Below, piece after piece: positions 1-14,344 of a stretch of 64,000 bases of DNA (its first letter is position 1; each line of letters opens with the position of its first letter). The stretch covers positions 73,284,001 to 73,348,000 of the forward strand of contig OX597818.1 of the NCBI GenBank assembly GCA_951406725.2. Reading direction: 5' to 3'. This stretch comes from Octopus vulgaris. Lineage: Eukaryota. The translations under genes were made by a program, and so were the position numbers. Below the pieces are notes generated by a model that was not told the DNA's origin, did no database searches, and saw nothing but the letters and a program-made list of their open reading frames with translations.

Positions 1-989
1 AAAAAATGTAATTAGTGTAATTATATCCTATTTAGGAAATTTACAGAGTCTGTACATCTATTATTACATCATTTAGTTTATGCGAAATATCGGTGTTCTT
101 ATTATCTTTAAAGTTTCTTAAAGGGTGTTGTTTTGAAGACAAGAGAAAATAACATTCCTTTGGTTAATTTTCTCTATTTTTCTATATCATCACAGTTTCG
201 TCGGAATATTTTCTTTTGGGATTATTATTAAGATGAATTATTTTGTCCAATAAAATGGGAATCATTATATCCTGTAATAAAGAATATTTGCATCAAGGTT
301 CAACACAAACCGTAACAAGTGCTAACCTTAAGTGCGAATGCTTGCCTCGAATATCTGAAATCTTTAGTCAGCTTCGGAAGAGCAGCAGCTCACAGGGGTC
401 TTGACATATTCACATCGATGAAGGCAAGACCTGCTTCCAGGAGAGTGTTTCGCTAGTAACTCTGAAAACCTAGTTGCCCTTACAAATATGTAAGTTAAAA
501 AGATATGTGTGCATAAAATCTTCATGGTCATATTAAATATCTTTTGAAAATGTTATATATCCATTCACCACTCAGAAGGGAGTACTTAAACCAAACTCAT
601 ACAAATTATGCATTTGTTCTGTAATATGTCCTCACGGAACTTAATGTCTTCGTCTGAGCTCAATTCAGTTCAGGGTTAAAATAAAAATATATATTAAATA
701 TAAACTAGGAATAGATAGTGTTATCCCTTACATTAATTCTTCAAAGTTGTGCAGCGAAGACAATACTATCATTGTAGAATATATATTTGTTTACTCTGCG
801 TGAAAAATGAATACAACGGAGTGAACTGGAATAAAATCATCAAACATGTCTATGAAATATGCACAGGTAAAAGAAGTGTAAACTATAAACGTTTGTAGAA
901 AAGTAGAGACAAGAACCAACACTAATCCGAAAACTTCACAAGAAACACAATCTTACCTCTGGAATAAAGAGCATAACAATTAAAATTTA

Positions 990-1939
990 CCAGGTTGAGT
1001 AAAAAGTAAGCAACATTTTGAACCATGAAGAGTTTGTACCGGATTTTTGCAGAGTTTTGAATTTTTTCTAAACACTTTTTTAATAAATGTCTGATAATGC
1101 AGACATAGACTTACCCAAATTCATCAATAAATTAACATTGATTTTTTTTTTCGCCGTTGTTACAATCATCTGAAACAGAACTGTGGAAGCACAATATTTG
1201 TGCAATTTTGCTATTCAATTTCAAAAAAGGACGTAAAGCGGCTGAAACTGCTCGAAAATAGTTTAAACGATTTCGCCGTGGAGTCCTGAGGCTTGATGAT
1301 CGTGAGCATACTGCACACCCATTTGTCATCGATGACGGTCAATTAAAAACCGTCATTGAGACAAATCCATGTAAAACCACTCGAGAACTGGCGAAAGAAC
1401 TTCAAGTTAGCCAGAGAACTGCTTGCAACCATTTGCATGCGATCGGAAAATCAAAAACGCTCAATAATTGGTTATCATAGGATTTTTTAAAAAATCAGAA
1501 AATGCACAGATATGAAATTTTCTCCACACTTCTTCTCTGTAACCAGACCAATCCATTTCTCGACCATTCTTCATTCTTCATGAAAATGATCTACCTCACG
1601 TTTCGCTAATGACCCTCGAGAAGTTGAGGGAACATGGTTACGAAGTTCTGCCCCAACCGGATTATTCTCCATGCCTTTCTCCTACCGACTATCACTTTTT
1701 AAAGCACCTTGATGGTTTCCTGCGAGAGAAATCAAACATGCTGAAAGTGCATTCAAAGATTTCATCAGCTGCAGGACTAGAGATTTTTATGTTACTGGAA
1801 TAAACAAATGTGTAACTCGTTGGCAAAAATGTGTTGATAGTAATAATACTTAATTTAATGAATAAAAGTTCCGCGTTGTTGAAATATATTGTGATGAATT
1901 TCCTGTTTCAAAACGTTGCATACATTTTACTGAGCCTGA
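990..1939 (+). mobile_element. Mariner DNA transposon, internally deleted and defective
   Basis: Imperfect TIRs (ccaggttgagtaaaaagtaagcaacattttgaa at 990; right end revcomp tcaggctcagtaaaatgtatgcaacgttttgaa), TA at 988-989 and 1940-1941. Transposase remnants ILLFNFKKGRKAAETARK (~1207-1260) and LPQPDYSPCLSPTDYHFL (YSPDL-type motif, ORF 1609-1803). Confidence 0.9.
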
Positions 1940-2681
1940 TACTGCCACTGTAGAAAGGAAATGCAATTCGGAACAGGAAAGAGAACCAACTAAGACGAGC
2001 AATATTTACAAAACAATATACCAATACAATATTATATAGCAAATTTTTGTTGATACCCAATCTAGAGACTCAAAAATAATTTTGAGCAGTAATCAATAAA
2101 AAGCATTCTAAAGCGTTTACAGTGTTTTTTGTGTAACGTTATTCTTACCTAAGAATTTTTGAGTAGGTTGTTGTCAAAGTAGATATATTTTCTGTCTGTA
2201 CATTATCTTTGTGTAAGAAAAAAGAAAGACAGTTGGACTTGTCCCAGTTCTATGTAGAATTTCCTCAACGATTGTGTAATCACATTGACACAAGCTATGG
2301 AACAACTGCTAATAATTATCGTATCATTAGGGGCGTAATTAAGTTAGCAGACCATGTTTACATGTCTATATTGAATATTGAATATAATGTTAGCTTAGAT
2401 ACTTTGATATATTCATTAGTACAGAAAAGCAATTTCAGCCAAATATCATTAACGATATCTCTCGAAATGAATTCATCTATAAATAATAATTTATAATACA
2501 GTGGATATCATAAAACCACTGGACCAGGAAAAGAGCTGCAAGCTCTCATGTGTAGCTTCAAAACAAGTCTTTAATATACGCGTTATTCACATATTTCCTG
2601 TTGTTTATATAGTTCCTTTTAAAGGAAAACAGTGTTAACTAAGTAGTATTTCATTAGCCGAGCAAACTGAAAAGAATGTCA

Positions 2682-3477
2682 TCTCTCTATATATAAACAG
2701 CAGTTTGTCTGTCTGTGTGTCTGTGTGTCTGTCAGGTTGTACCCTCACCCTGACCACGGCTTTCAACCGATTCTGATGAAACTTGACACACACATAGCCC
2801 AATGTCATAATTCAACACTAACGCAGCGAAAATTTTGAAAAGTTCCTACAGTTCTGAAACAAATTGATAAATTCGACATGGGGTCGAGAATCTAAGCTTT
2901 TTATATGCAACACATTTTCATGGTGAAGCTTAATGTTACCTTAAGAAACTTAATTGTTACGTTAGTTTTCCATGCAATACCTTACCATAAAAAAAATCGA
3001 TAAAATCAAGCAATTTTGGGAAATCGCGTTCAAATTCAAGATGACATATTTTCGACAATATCTTTCACAAATTGGCAGGAATTTTTTTTTAAATTCACAG
3101 CGAGCATCATGTCTGCTCCAAGGAGCTATATGACCCTTTTTATTCCAATAGGATACTTTATTACTGGAAAAAATCGGTTAAGTAAATCATATGTGGCACA
3201 CATAGCAAACCGATTTGTGAATTAAACACAAACCACTGACTGTCTAGGGGACGCAACTCGACCTTTTTAACTCTCTTGGGAGGCGCAATGATGTTTTCAT
3301 GTTTTCGCCCAAAGGGACAGCTAGGAACATCGTATACACAGAAGTATTCGAGTGAAGAGAAGACATTGCAACCTACACATGCGCCTTCGTTCCCAAGAGG
3401 GAAAGGACTAGATTGGGATTAGTCGTTGCCTACTATGGGCTCTTACATACCCGGGCAACGCCGGGCTATGCTGCTAG
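2682..3477 (+). mobile_element. Non-autonomous Helitron
   Basis: Starts TC after an A (2681); subterminal hairpin cccgg-gcaacg-ccggg (3450-3465); ends CTAG (3474-3477) followed by T; no TSD; (tgtc)-rich tract near the 5' end. Confidence 0.8.
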
Positions 3478-3990
3478 TCTATTATATAGAAGCCAATGTC
3501 TTTATATGTGTTCGTTTGTTACACATATAAAGATGACTCGAAAACTACGGGACCGATCATAATGAAATGAACACAAAATCTAAGCCAAGGGAGAAAAGTA
3601 ATGCCATATGTTTCATACAATTCTGAGGGGGCATAAAGCGAACAGAACCATCCATAAAAATTCATATGCTTGGGATTTTGATTAAATTTGAACGGAAATT
3701 GTATTCTATGCATAAGGGCAAATGTAACGCAGTCTATGTTTGAAAGTGAGGGGGAATAAATGAGGCCATAAGTCCCATGAAAATTCATATATATTTACTA
3801 TTAATGAAATTTTAACTATAGCTATATATCTATACTTAAATATATTAGACACAAATGAAGTAATATTCCTAAAATTTCAACTTCTGGGGAGGTTAGTAAG
3901 ACCCCTTAACGGGGGCTTAACCCTCACAATTTAGTCCTTTTTTCTAAGTCAAGACGAATACAATTGTAGTCCTGGAAGTTGTAGAGTTAC
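3478..3990 (+). mobile_element. Probable second Helitron-like element (5' part, 3' end not found)
   Basis: Begins tctattatatag right after the upstream CTAG; contains accgatcataatgaaa, resembling accgattctgatgaaa at the equivalent place in the upstream Helitron. Confidence 0.35.
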
Positions 3991-4939
3991 CCGAGGATAC
4001 GAGACGAGCTTTATTTGTAATTCAGTGGTACTACAGTGTAAGCGTTTGCTTTGAGATATACATAGGCTACGATTTCTGCAATGCGGTGCATAGGAGTAAA
4101 CGAGAGGCATCTTCGCCTCCCCTGATTCAGCTGCAAAATGTTATTTTGAGTAAAAATATTAGTTTGCAGACATCCTTTTAGTCTTTTTATTATCACTGGG
4201 TCAGATATAGACTATGATAGTAACATTGATATCAAGGCCTTTGCAGATAAGTGATTGGCCATTCAGAGAGATTTATAGATTGCAAATATATTCTGTTCAG
4301 TTACATATTGGCATAGGTACCATTGGCAATCTCTAGAATTGACACTTTCATTTCCCCTTAGCTTTCACGGCACACAGCTGTTAATGCTTATTTAAGTTGG
4401 GTCACGCCCTTCCAACTCTTATAGATCCGTAATGCATCTTAAGACTGTGCCGGGTGAGGAATTCTACATTGAGGAGTGGTAACGACAAGAGTAGGATAGC
4501 TAACTGCTTATCGTGATTATTCGTCTTACGGTTACCTCTAGCTTTGCTCTCTTTTACAAGCCCAATGAACATGCATGTATTTCCGATTTCAAACTGATTC
4601 CCAACAACTCAACATCTCTGGTTGACTTTAAGACACCCCTAATAGGGGCTTTGACTCCCATATTTTAGGGTTCCATGGGTCCAAGTGCTCCATTTTCCAG
4701 GAGCAAAACTTTTGAATATATTTTATAAGATTTGGATTTGGGAATCTCGGTATAAAAATGAGTAGTATGGCATAAATATGTTATGATTAGAATTTATGTT
4801 ATGGCGTGTAAAGTGAGAAAGAAACCCCTTTAAAATTCTTAACCTTCAATTTTGATGAATTTCGAACCCTAGGTATTCCACTTCATTAGAGAAAATATAA
4901 AAGAAAAGCCTAATTCTTGAATTCCATGTGACACAGGCA

Positions 4940-4984
<45 letters not shown>

Positions 4985-5369
4985 TGTGTGTGTGTGTATG
5001 TTTGTATGCATGTATATATGTATGTATACATATGAGTAAGACTATCTAACTTAATGAGATTTTAAGCCTATCGCCACAGACTGATAATATGTATACAGGT
5101 AGTTTAGATAATCAATATACTGAATTGAATCAGGATCTGCTGACCTTTGTTTTTGGCTTCAGCAAAATATTATATATAAAAACAGAGTAATTACATACTT
5201 AAAACTGTAAGCTATGCTTTGGCGTAGAGCAGAGTCGAGTCGAAAGACAACATCCTAACAACTGTATATTTGGAGACTAGCTCAGAAAAATATCCAGTGT
5301 GGATGGCAAAAATAGAAAATAATGCTATGAATGTCGAATTACCAGAAAAATAAATTAGCTAAATTAAAA

Positions 5370-5663
5370 GTCACGTGATCTCGTTAACGCCCAGACTATG
5401 CACTTTGTATAATCACAATGCGCTTTGCTATATTTTAACTTGCGAATGATGCCACACCGTTGGTTAGGGGAGCGGGCCAACATAATGAACTGATCGGAAG
5501 GCTGGTCAGTTGCAGAGTCACCCATTTGTAGCTGAGTGGATTGGGGAAACATGACCTGAAGTGTTTTTCTCAAGAGCACAACGCGTTGCCCTGTCTGAAA
5601 ACCGAACCCATGATCTGGCGATCATGTGTTCAGTGCCTTCACCACTAGGATGCGTGCCTTCAT
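5370..5663 (-). mobile_element. Degraded tRNA-derived SINE
   Basis: Minus strand has a tRNA-like head (tgaaggcacgcatcctagtggtga ... ggttcg) followed by gcgttgtgctcttgagaaaaacacttca; a related fragment lies at ~13180-13290 (+). Confidence 0.6.
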
Positions 5664-7217
5664 AAATTCAAATACATTATGTAGAATATGTATTATGCAT
5701 TGTCTAGTCTCCAGTTTCATTTTAAATTTGCAGTAATTTAATCATTTTTATCTTTCTTTATACGAGTCAACGTGTGTGTGTGTGTGTAGTTTGCTGAAAC
5801 TGAACTTTCATTTCGTTTTTCAAGTTTCAATCTCACAGTAATTATCGTGGCGCAAACATTTTTTATGTATGCACATACATACTAGTTGCACAGAGGCACA
5901 AAATTATGCACACACCACACAAGCAGACACACATACACACACACATTTTCAACAAAATATAGACATCCACGCACACACATACGCAGGGAGATCGGAGATA
6001 CGTATTTTATGCTTAAAACAATGTATCTAACTCCGTGTAAACTGCATCATGAACGAACATGTGATAATAATAACACGACCATTATCCCTATTACTCTCTC
6101 TGAATTACATTCATGGAAAGCTATATCAGCAAGTTAACGTTCGATTTTTATTAAAATTTTAATCTAAAGAAGATCGTCACGAACACCATATAATGAACAG
6201 CATCAAATAATGCAATTATCATTAACTGGGTTTTTAGGGAGACAAAGGGAGAGAGAGAGAGGAGAGAGAGAAGAGAGAGAAAGTGATGGGGGTAAAGATT
6301 TAAGAGTGACTGGTGAGAGACATGTGCACATAGTATTTTGCAGCTTTTACGTTTCTTTGAACAGGATTTTGAAGTTTATCTGATAAACTGATAAAATGTG
6401 TATTTCATAGAACAGGGAAATATAGTTACATACGAAATGTTTGTATTCTCTTGCCATTTAAGTTTAGTTTTATATCAATCCTATGATACTGCATTATCTC
6501 TATTGCATTGATGGAGAGTGAAGTTGCAAGCTGCTACTTTTATTTAATAAAGGCATTACTGATATATAAGGGAAATAAAATAGCTGTTACAATACGGAAT
6601 CAAAATCGGATAAAATACTTTGACTTTTCCTCCTCCGAACAATTCGAACTTTTTTAAAAAGTGTGTAATATCGATTGAACTGCCAGCAAATGGTACACAG
6701 AAAATATTATTTAAACTCGGAATGTTAAAGGCAATGTCATAAAATGATAGTATTAAGGATTTGACATTGAAACGCAGTCAAAGTCGTTGAATATATACAC
6801 AAATGGCAATGTTATATGTTAACCAACATGCTATCAATACCTTCCCAATTCTCAGAGGTGTTTCTAACCACATAAATGTACAATGAAACGAATATGTTAT
6901 TTCAAAACTATCTCGTCATTTATTAACTTGTATGTCAAATAAGCTCGCTTTATGATTTATAAATGCAGACAATACACTTAAGGAATGTAAATATTTAGAA
7001 AGGAATACTTTTAAGACATTTTATGGGAATAACACAATGTATTATTCCGAGGAAATTATAGAATGATAACACACGTCCTCTTAAAGGTTTTCATCCACAT
7101 GATACTCTAAGTACTGGTTAGTGGGCTACAATTTAAATTTTAATCACGTCCCGTCGTGAGCTGAAACTAGATAAAATAAATAAAAATTAAAAAAATACAT
7201 ACATACATCATTAAATT

Positions 7218-7249
<32 letters not shown>

Positions 7250-7589
7250 CAGTGAGAAATTGATAGAGTGAGAGAGAGAGAGAGAGAGAGAGGGAGAGGG
7301 GCAATTATGCGATACACACATTACATATAATAGCTGGGGGATTGATATACAAAATATGTATATATGCATATATGCAAAACAAAAGAAACAAAAGACTGAT
7401 GACGTTCAGACGATGAATAATTAAGTACAAAAATATAGATATTGATATTAATAGATGAAACTTACACAGTGTACAAACGACAGAGTAAATTAATGGAGAA
7501 GTGGTAAGGAGTCATAAGACCAACAGCTGTTTCTTACTTAACTCTTCCCTTTTAATTTTCTCTGTTCTTTGTACTGTGTAAGTAAGCAA

Positions 7590-7960
7590 GCCTTGCAAAA
7601 TACTTAATGGGATTTCAGCAGTCTTTACCTTTTGGGATCAAATTCGTCGACATTTTTTTCTTTTTTATCCTTTCGGAATCGATGAAATAAGCACCAATAC
7701 TGAGGTCTATGTAACCGAGTAAACCGTTCACCAAATAATTTCCGGTCTTCTGCCTACAAAGAATTATGAAGAAGGAAAGCTGGCAGAACTGTTACTGTGC
7801 CAGACAAAAATGCATTTCTTTACGTTCTGAGTTGAAATTGCGCCGACGTTGCTACAGCCTTCAACCCTTTAGGCCTCCATAGAATTCATGACAATCAATC
7901 ACTTATTTTACCACTGAAACTGAGTTGCCTCACCCCTAAAATATTGCTGTTTTTGGACTA
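7590..7960 (+). mobile_element. Two degraded tandem SINE copies (family of 23441-23668)
   Basis: Motifs gctggcagaa, tacgttctgagttgaaatt and tcctttcggaatcgat match the young copy at 23441. Confidence 0.6.
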
Positions 7961-10900
7961 AAATTACTATTATTATCAAGTTTTATGATTTGCGAATTAA
8001 ATTTCCTTAAGACCGTTATTAGTTGTCTTGAAACTTAAACCTGCAATTTAGGGAGCTTGATATGGTTGTAAATTGTTTTACAGAAATTCGTAGTGAAACT
8101 GAAATTTGGAATGTGACAATAATTATTAGTTAAAACTAAAGTAAAAAATAACTGTCAAAAGATGGCCCAAAAGTTTGAAATATTAGATGAAAGCTATTTT
8201 GTAGCATTCAAAATATGACGATGTTCTGAAGTAAGAAGCTTCATGGCTGGCAAAAGAAATATATTTGAAATTATATATTTTTAAAGACAAATCATACTTT
8301 TGAATTCTATAGAAAATATATGATTTATGTTTAAAAGTTCTAATGTCTATTTCGAAACTTACGTTATAATTTACAAATTTTTATAAGCTAAATATATATG
8401 TATGAATTAATATGTCTGTGCGTGTTGTATATTTTTCTGAGATTTGTTTAAGTTCTTTGCAAAGGTCAAGTCGTTTAATATCGACATTATGAACAATTCT
8501 ATTTTCTTCATGAAATTTCCTGAAATTTCTGAATAAGCAATGCGCACACATTTGAAGAAAGAAGCGCCAGTATACTTGAACACCTCTAATAGCTGTACAT
8601 ATGCAATAGTACACATTCTGCATAATTATTCTTCGTGTACGCGCGTGCGTTCATGCTATAACCAGTCAGGCACACTTTTTAACTCCAGAATATCCAATGC
8701 AGAAATTTCCTGTGTTTTACATATCTTCAATATACCACTGATTGATTTTTTGTGAGAAAAACTTGATTTTCTTCTTTCTTGAGAACATTCGAGCTTTCGA
8801 ATTTCTTTTTAAATCTCTTTCTACTTAGAAAATTGTATCTGAACTTTTTCCTTCAGACACACACTTACAGACACAAAACATTATCTGCTGTCATAATACA
8901 TGGACCTGAACCAGGGTTGTTTCGACACACAGAATCCAAAACTGGCATCCGTTTATTACCATCATGTAAGGTTTTAAAATGCTGGATCTATATATACATA
9001 TTAAAACAAGGACTGGAAAGTTTGGAATGGTTTCAGTTCCATATTACGTGTGTTTCGTTACATTATGAATATAATACATTATGAATATAAAACTTCATAA
9101 TGATATGTTATCAATTTATATTATCATTATTAATATTTATATTTATACTCGAAATATATTTCCTATACCGTAAAAAAAGCATATATAACAAGGAATAAAT
9201 GCAAATATGCCAAACTTTTCGGAATTTCTTTTAATATATATTAATGCTACAAATATGACTCGCCAGGACTTTCAGTTAATATGTATGACTTTCTCATTTG
9301 AAATAAAATATCTATGTACATACTTTTGAATAATGGAATGTGCAGATGTGCATCGCTAAGACAGCTTGGCTTATAACCTCTTCAAAACACACATATATAT
9401 TATATGTGTGTGCGTGTGAGTGTGTGTGTGTGTGTGTTTGAGTGTGTATGTGCGTGTGTGATTTTGTGCGTGCGTGTGTATGTATGCATACATATATGTA
9501 CAGAGACAGAGATACAGAGGGAGTACATGCTTCCGTACGGGTTTCGTCTACCCCTCTGCAATTAAATATTACCACTCGATTAGTGACAAGCATAAAAAGC
9601 ACTTATTCTTCACCTGTTTGACAGGAGAATTTTTCATGACACGAACGTATTTGTGGCCCTATTTATGTGTATATAGTGAGTTCGTTTCCTGCCGAAGTCG
9701 ACTTCGCCTTGTGCTACACACTCGTCGATATAGCAGAGAATTGTCAACTAATAGGTCAATCCCTTTATCTTATATCCCTTCCAAATATATTGTGACGTTT
9801 TACCAAGGTTTAAAGTAATATTAATCACTTACTTCAACAGCCAATTTTTCCAAGCCATAAATGGAACAATATCACAACTATCATTAATTTAAATACAAAA
9901 TAAGCTTCATAAAACATGACTAACACAAAAAGCCTCGTTTAAAATTATTTTTTCTTTGATTAATTCAATGGTGATGTTGTTTCGCTTTGGGCATCATCTA
10001 ATTGATTTCTGTTTTATCGAGATGAAAGCAACTTAAAATTTTAGATTTCACTTTTCTTATTTTATATCCTCATTGTGACTACTCCGTTTACAATCATTTT
10101 ATAAAGATTGTCATTTATTTTTATTCTTATTGCTATTGTTTTTAATTATTCATGACATTGTTCTTTCTATCATATTCTCGTTATTGTTGTTGCTGTTGTT
10201 TTGTTAGTCTCTGAGCAGATTTTTCTTTTATATTTGTTTACACTTGAACGCTATGGGACGTGAAAGGAAGAGATTATTTTGTGTAAAAGGGATAAAAAGG
10301 CAACCGTCTTCCAATATTTTTTCACATAAATCACTATGTTTACTATCAATTGGTTATTTTATCGTCGTCCGCGCTAAAATCTAATTAATTAATTCTTACG
10401 GGAAATATGATCTATTTTTAAAATTTATTTTTATTTAAAATTCCTAAAAAGCATTATGTATTGCTTCCTTTTAATTCTAGAAAATACAATTAATGTTTTA
10501 TATAACTGACATTTCATTTGGTCTTATTAAAAACGCTAATTACTTAATTATAATTCTGTATTAATTTACTTCAGTTTGCCCTCTGTTATTTACTTAATTA
10601 TATAAAATAAAATTATGAATTTAATCCAATTTAACGAATAACCATCAAAGACGATATGGTTTTGGTTTCGTTCCGAAAAACCCTCTGACTTAATTGTAGA
10701 AAAATGTTGTAAAGTTTCCTTTATCATTTAATGTCAAGCAAAAATAGAAAAAAAAAATCATCAATTTACCATTAAATTTTTTAAAATGTCTTACCATCTA
10801 ACAAGTTTAATGAGAATGTTTCATAATTGCTTTTGTAAATTTCTATGATTCTTTCAATGATTTTATGCATTTAAGTTCAATAAACTGTTAAACAATTATG

Positions 10901-12954
10901 CCAGAGGTTACAGAGAATAAACTGTGGTTTAATATTTGAAAATTTCTTTCCTCAAACTGAGAATATCAGTAATGCTACGTCATTGAGGATTCTATTTCAG
11001 CAACTTACACCTGTTGTAAAATGCCTTTTCTATATCTATTTATGAATCTAATCTTCGAAAGAACACTCTTTACATAAGAAAATAGTTAGATACAACATAA
11101 TTATCTTATAAATATTCCATCTTACTAGTAGGAATGTATGTGCATGTATACATAAATTTGAAGTGTGCAAGTTCCTCAGTTTACAATGCTGAACATGTGG
11201 TTTTCGAGGACGGAGTATTAATATTGATTGTGTTGGTGGTGGCGTTTCTGATAGTCGTGGTCGTCGTGGATTTTTGTCGCTCGATTATGAAGATTCCATT
11301 ACTCAACCACCTGAATGAAGTTCTCTTGAAGTTGAGTATTCTACAGACACTTCACCCTTAACGTAATTATCAGGGAACATATGACAAGACTGCATCTTTT
11401 GATTTCCAGATACCATCAACTCGACACATTTCCATTTAGTTTCCGGCAAACAAATTTTATTCACAGTGTATGGGCCGACACTTAGCTAAGGAATACAACA
11501 AGGTCTGTTCTACTTGCTCCGCAGTGGAATTGCATTCGAAAGCTAGTTTGCCAAATTAACATCTTAATCATCCGGCCATACAACGACTAGTCCAAGTATA
11601 ACAATATTAATATAAAAAGCAACTTCATTTTTGTTCTTGTTTTTTTTTTTTTTACTTTTGATAATAAACCTTATACGCAATATTTCTTATAACACAAGTT
11701 ATCGACAACACATTTCATGGTGTATTGTTATTAAATGTTTCCATGTCGATCCCAGCAGCGAAAGTGTACGTACAGAACAGCGTTCAGGATTTTAAGCGGA
11801 TATTGTAAATATTCGTACATTTGTTTCTCAGTATTAGCATTGCAGACATCCTCAACTCGTCACTTCTAAAGCCTATTTACATTGCACGTGGATTACACAG
11901 AGGATTAGTATGTCGCAGCTGTACATTTTTCATCATGATTTCCACCCATAAAGAATTCTTTGTTATTTCAACCTTAATCACTGGGAATATTAACCTCGTT
12001 AAACAAGGACCAAATGAATATATGTTGACAAGTAGTCTCTGTGCATATTCAGTTTTCCAATCAATAAATTCGCACATAAGAAGATTAACAGGACGGTATT
12101 TCTTTTATATTCTGACTCAAATTCTTTCTCCTGCATTTCTCATACCACCTCTCTATGCCTATGCCTTATCACACAGCCACAAATTGATAAATAACTCATC
12201 TAATATTTCTATGAAGTGCCCAAGTGGGAGTTCAATGCACTGAACTTTTCTTTACCAATGTGGAAGACACTAGTGCTTCTTCTTATTTTGTATGATGTGG
12301 CTGCTAAATCACCATCACCTCACTTCGTTACGTCATAAGGAAAATGCATGCAACTGTGATACAAGTTTATATGGATTACAGTTTTTCTCGCTTAGAGCAA
12401 ACAAGAGCTAAATAACTACAACACATCGCGTTGGCATCACGTCTGTCCTCACCCACCGCCATGACAAAGGTGAAGATAGAATTGTCTCCTACCATGGATC
12501 ACCGCATTAGTTATTCCACAATTCTATGTCACAAACATCCTTCAATATTTCCACAACTCTAAACATAGCATCCGCACAACCATCAAGAAATATTCTCCTG
12601 TCACACATATTCTCCTGTTCAGCATATTCTACATCACCACATTATATGCCATTTGTAAAGGTATGATATAAAAATAAATGCGTGCGCGCGCACACACTCA
12701 CACATGTTGCTATTATATTGTTTCATGCATACTTAACATCCTGCATATTTATTTGAACAACTTTTAAATCACGATTCAAACACTATTCAAGCCAGGTACC
12801 TATATGATGTGCCACTCAGGTAATCGCCTGGAATTTACTTATCTGTTCAGTTCTATAAGATATCCAACAAAGTTATCAAAGAAGCCTACGAAACCGCAAG
12901 TTGTATGGAACCGAAGAAAACTGATATTAAATACTACTAGTATATGTACTCCAT

Positions 12955-13170
12955 ATGATGGCGAGCAGGGAGAGTCCTTAGCACACCGGGCAAAATGTTT
13001 AGAGTATTTCATCCTTTACTTTCTGTGTTCAAACGCGACCGGGGCTGACTTTGCCTTTCATCCCTTCTGTTTTGATAAAATATGTACCTGTTGAGAAATG
13101 TAGTCGATGTTATCAACTCCTTCCCCATACCTCGAAATCGATGGGTTTGTGCCAACATTTGAAGCCTTAT
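12955..13170 (+). mobile_element. Degraded SINE (family of 23441-23668)
   Basis: ggcgagc...ttagcacaccgggcaaaatg...gactttgcctttcatccc matches the 23441 copy. Confidence 0.7.
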
Positions 13171-13633
13171 TATATATGATCTAGTGGTGCATTCCCTAAC
13201 GCGAGACCGTTCTTACAATTCGTAGACTGGGTGTCGTGTTGTGTTCTTGAGGAAAAAAAACTTCATCTCGTGTTGCTCTACGAACTCTTCGACATTTGAT
13301 GTGTGGTATACGCACACACACACACACACAAACACAAACACACACACACATGTATATATACATGTAATGTTCATTGCCACTTCAGTGTGGCTGTTGCATA
13401 CGGAGACAATGTTACTGCATTTTAACATCTTTTCTAGCTGATTAATGACACACAGCCTGTGTCAGAAACAAGTTGTGAGTCGTTAACTTGCTGGAAAAGA
13501 TGTTTCCTGGGTTTAAAGTATAGTAACATAGTTCCGTGTAGAACAGCCAATTTGAAATTGCAACAAACATTACGTTTTAGTATCGTTATTATTTGTATCT
13601 CTTTTAGAGATTTTAGAACTAGCTACTTTGTTT

Positions 13634-13695
<62 letters not shown>

Positions 13696-14094
13696 GTTAT
13701 GGTATAATCTATTAAGAACGTAGTAGAGTACAGTATCAAGTTCGCCCACCTTCAGATTTCGACCTGTGCTATCCAGTAGTAGTATTATGCGTATTTGCAG
13801 GTTTGCTTTTGGGCATCTGTCGCGAGTGAATTGGTAATACAAATAATTTGGAGTCAACAACGAGTACAGTTGGACATTTATTTTCAATCACTACAATTGT
13901 TTCTATGCAACGTAGTTCGCAAGATACTTGATTATGCAACCGTTTCCCCGCATTATTAGATCTGGTTGTGTTTCCTCAGGAGATATGTAAATATCATATC
14001 CGTAAGCTCAAATTCTCGGCTTCAAGAGCATCCTTTCTGCCTGCCGTTGCCATACAACCGTACTCCTTGTTGACTCGAAATTTCTTCAATTCTC

Positions 14095-14138
<44 letters not shown>

Positions 14139-14344
14139 AACACAGAACGCACACACAAATATACATATTTATATGTAGACGCAGACAAGTGTATACATAT
14201 AAAATATGAGGGGTTTAGTTCACTTGTGATATAAACAAATAGATAAGGTGAGTAATTGTGTTATAATTGGTCATCCATTAAGTTCCAAATCCACAGCTGG
14301 GTCTAGAGCTAGGGATCCGTATTACGCTTCTGAGGTAATAGATA

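Noticed and set aside
290-500. Possible host exon ending at gtaagt (~490)
   Set aside because: No recognisable protein and no supporting acceptor; cannot be supported without RNA data.
8381-8800. Possible hAT transposase remnant on the minus strand (DIKRLDLCKELK)
   Set aside because: Only vague resemblance; no TIR, TSD or diagnostic motif; needs a profile search.
11700-12650. Possible ancient LINE RT remnant (minus strand KYRPVNLL)
   Set aside because: One short motif; no downstream RT motifs recoverable.
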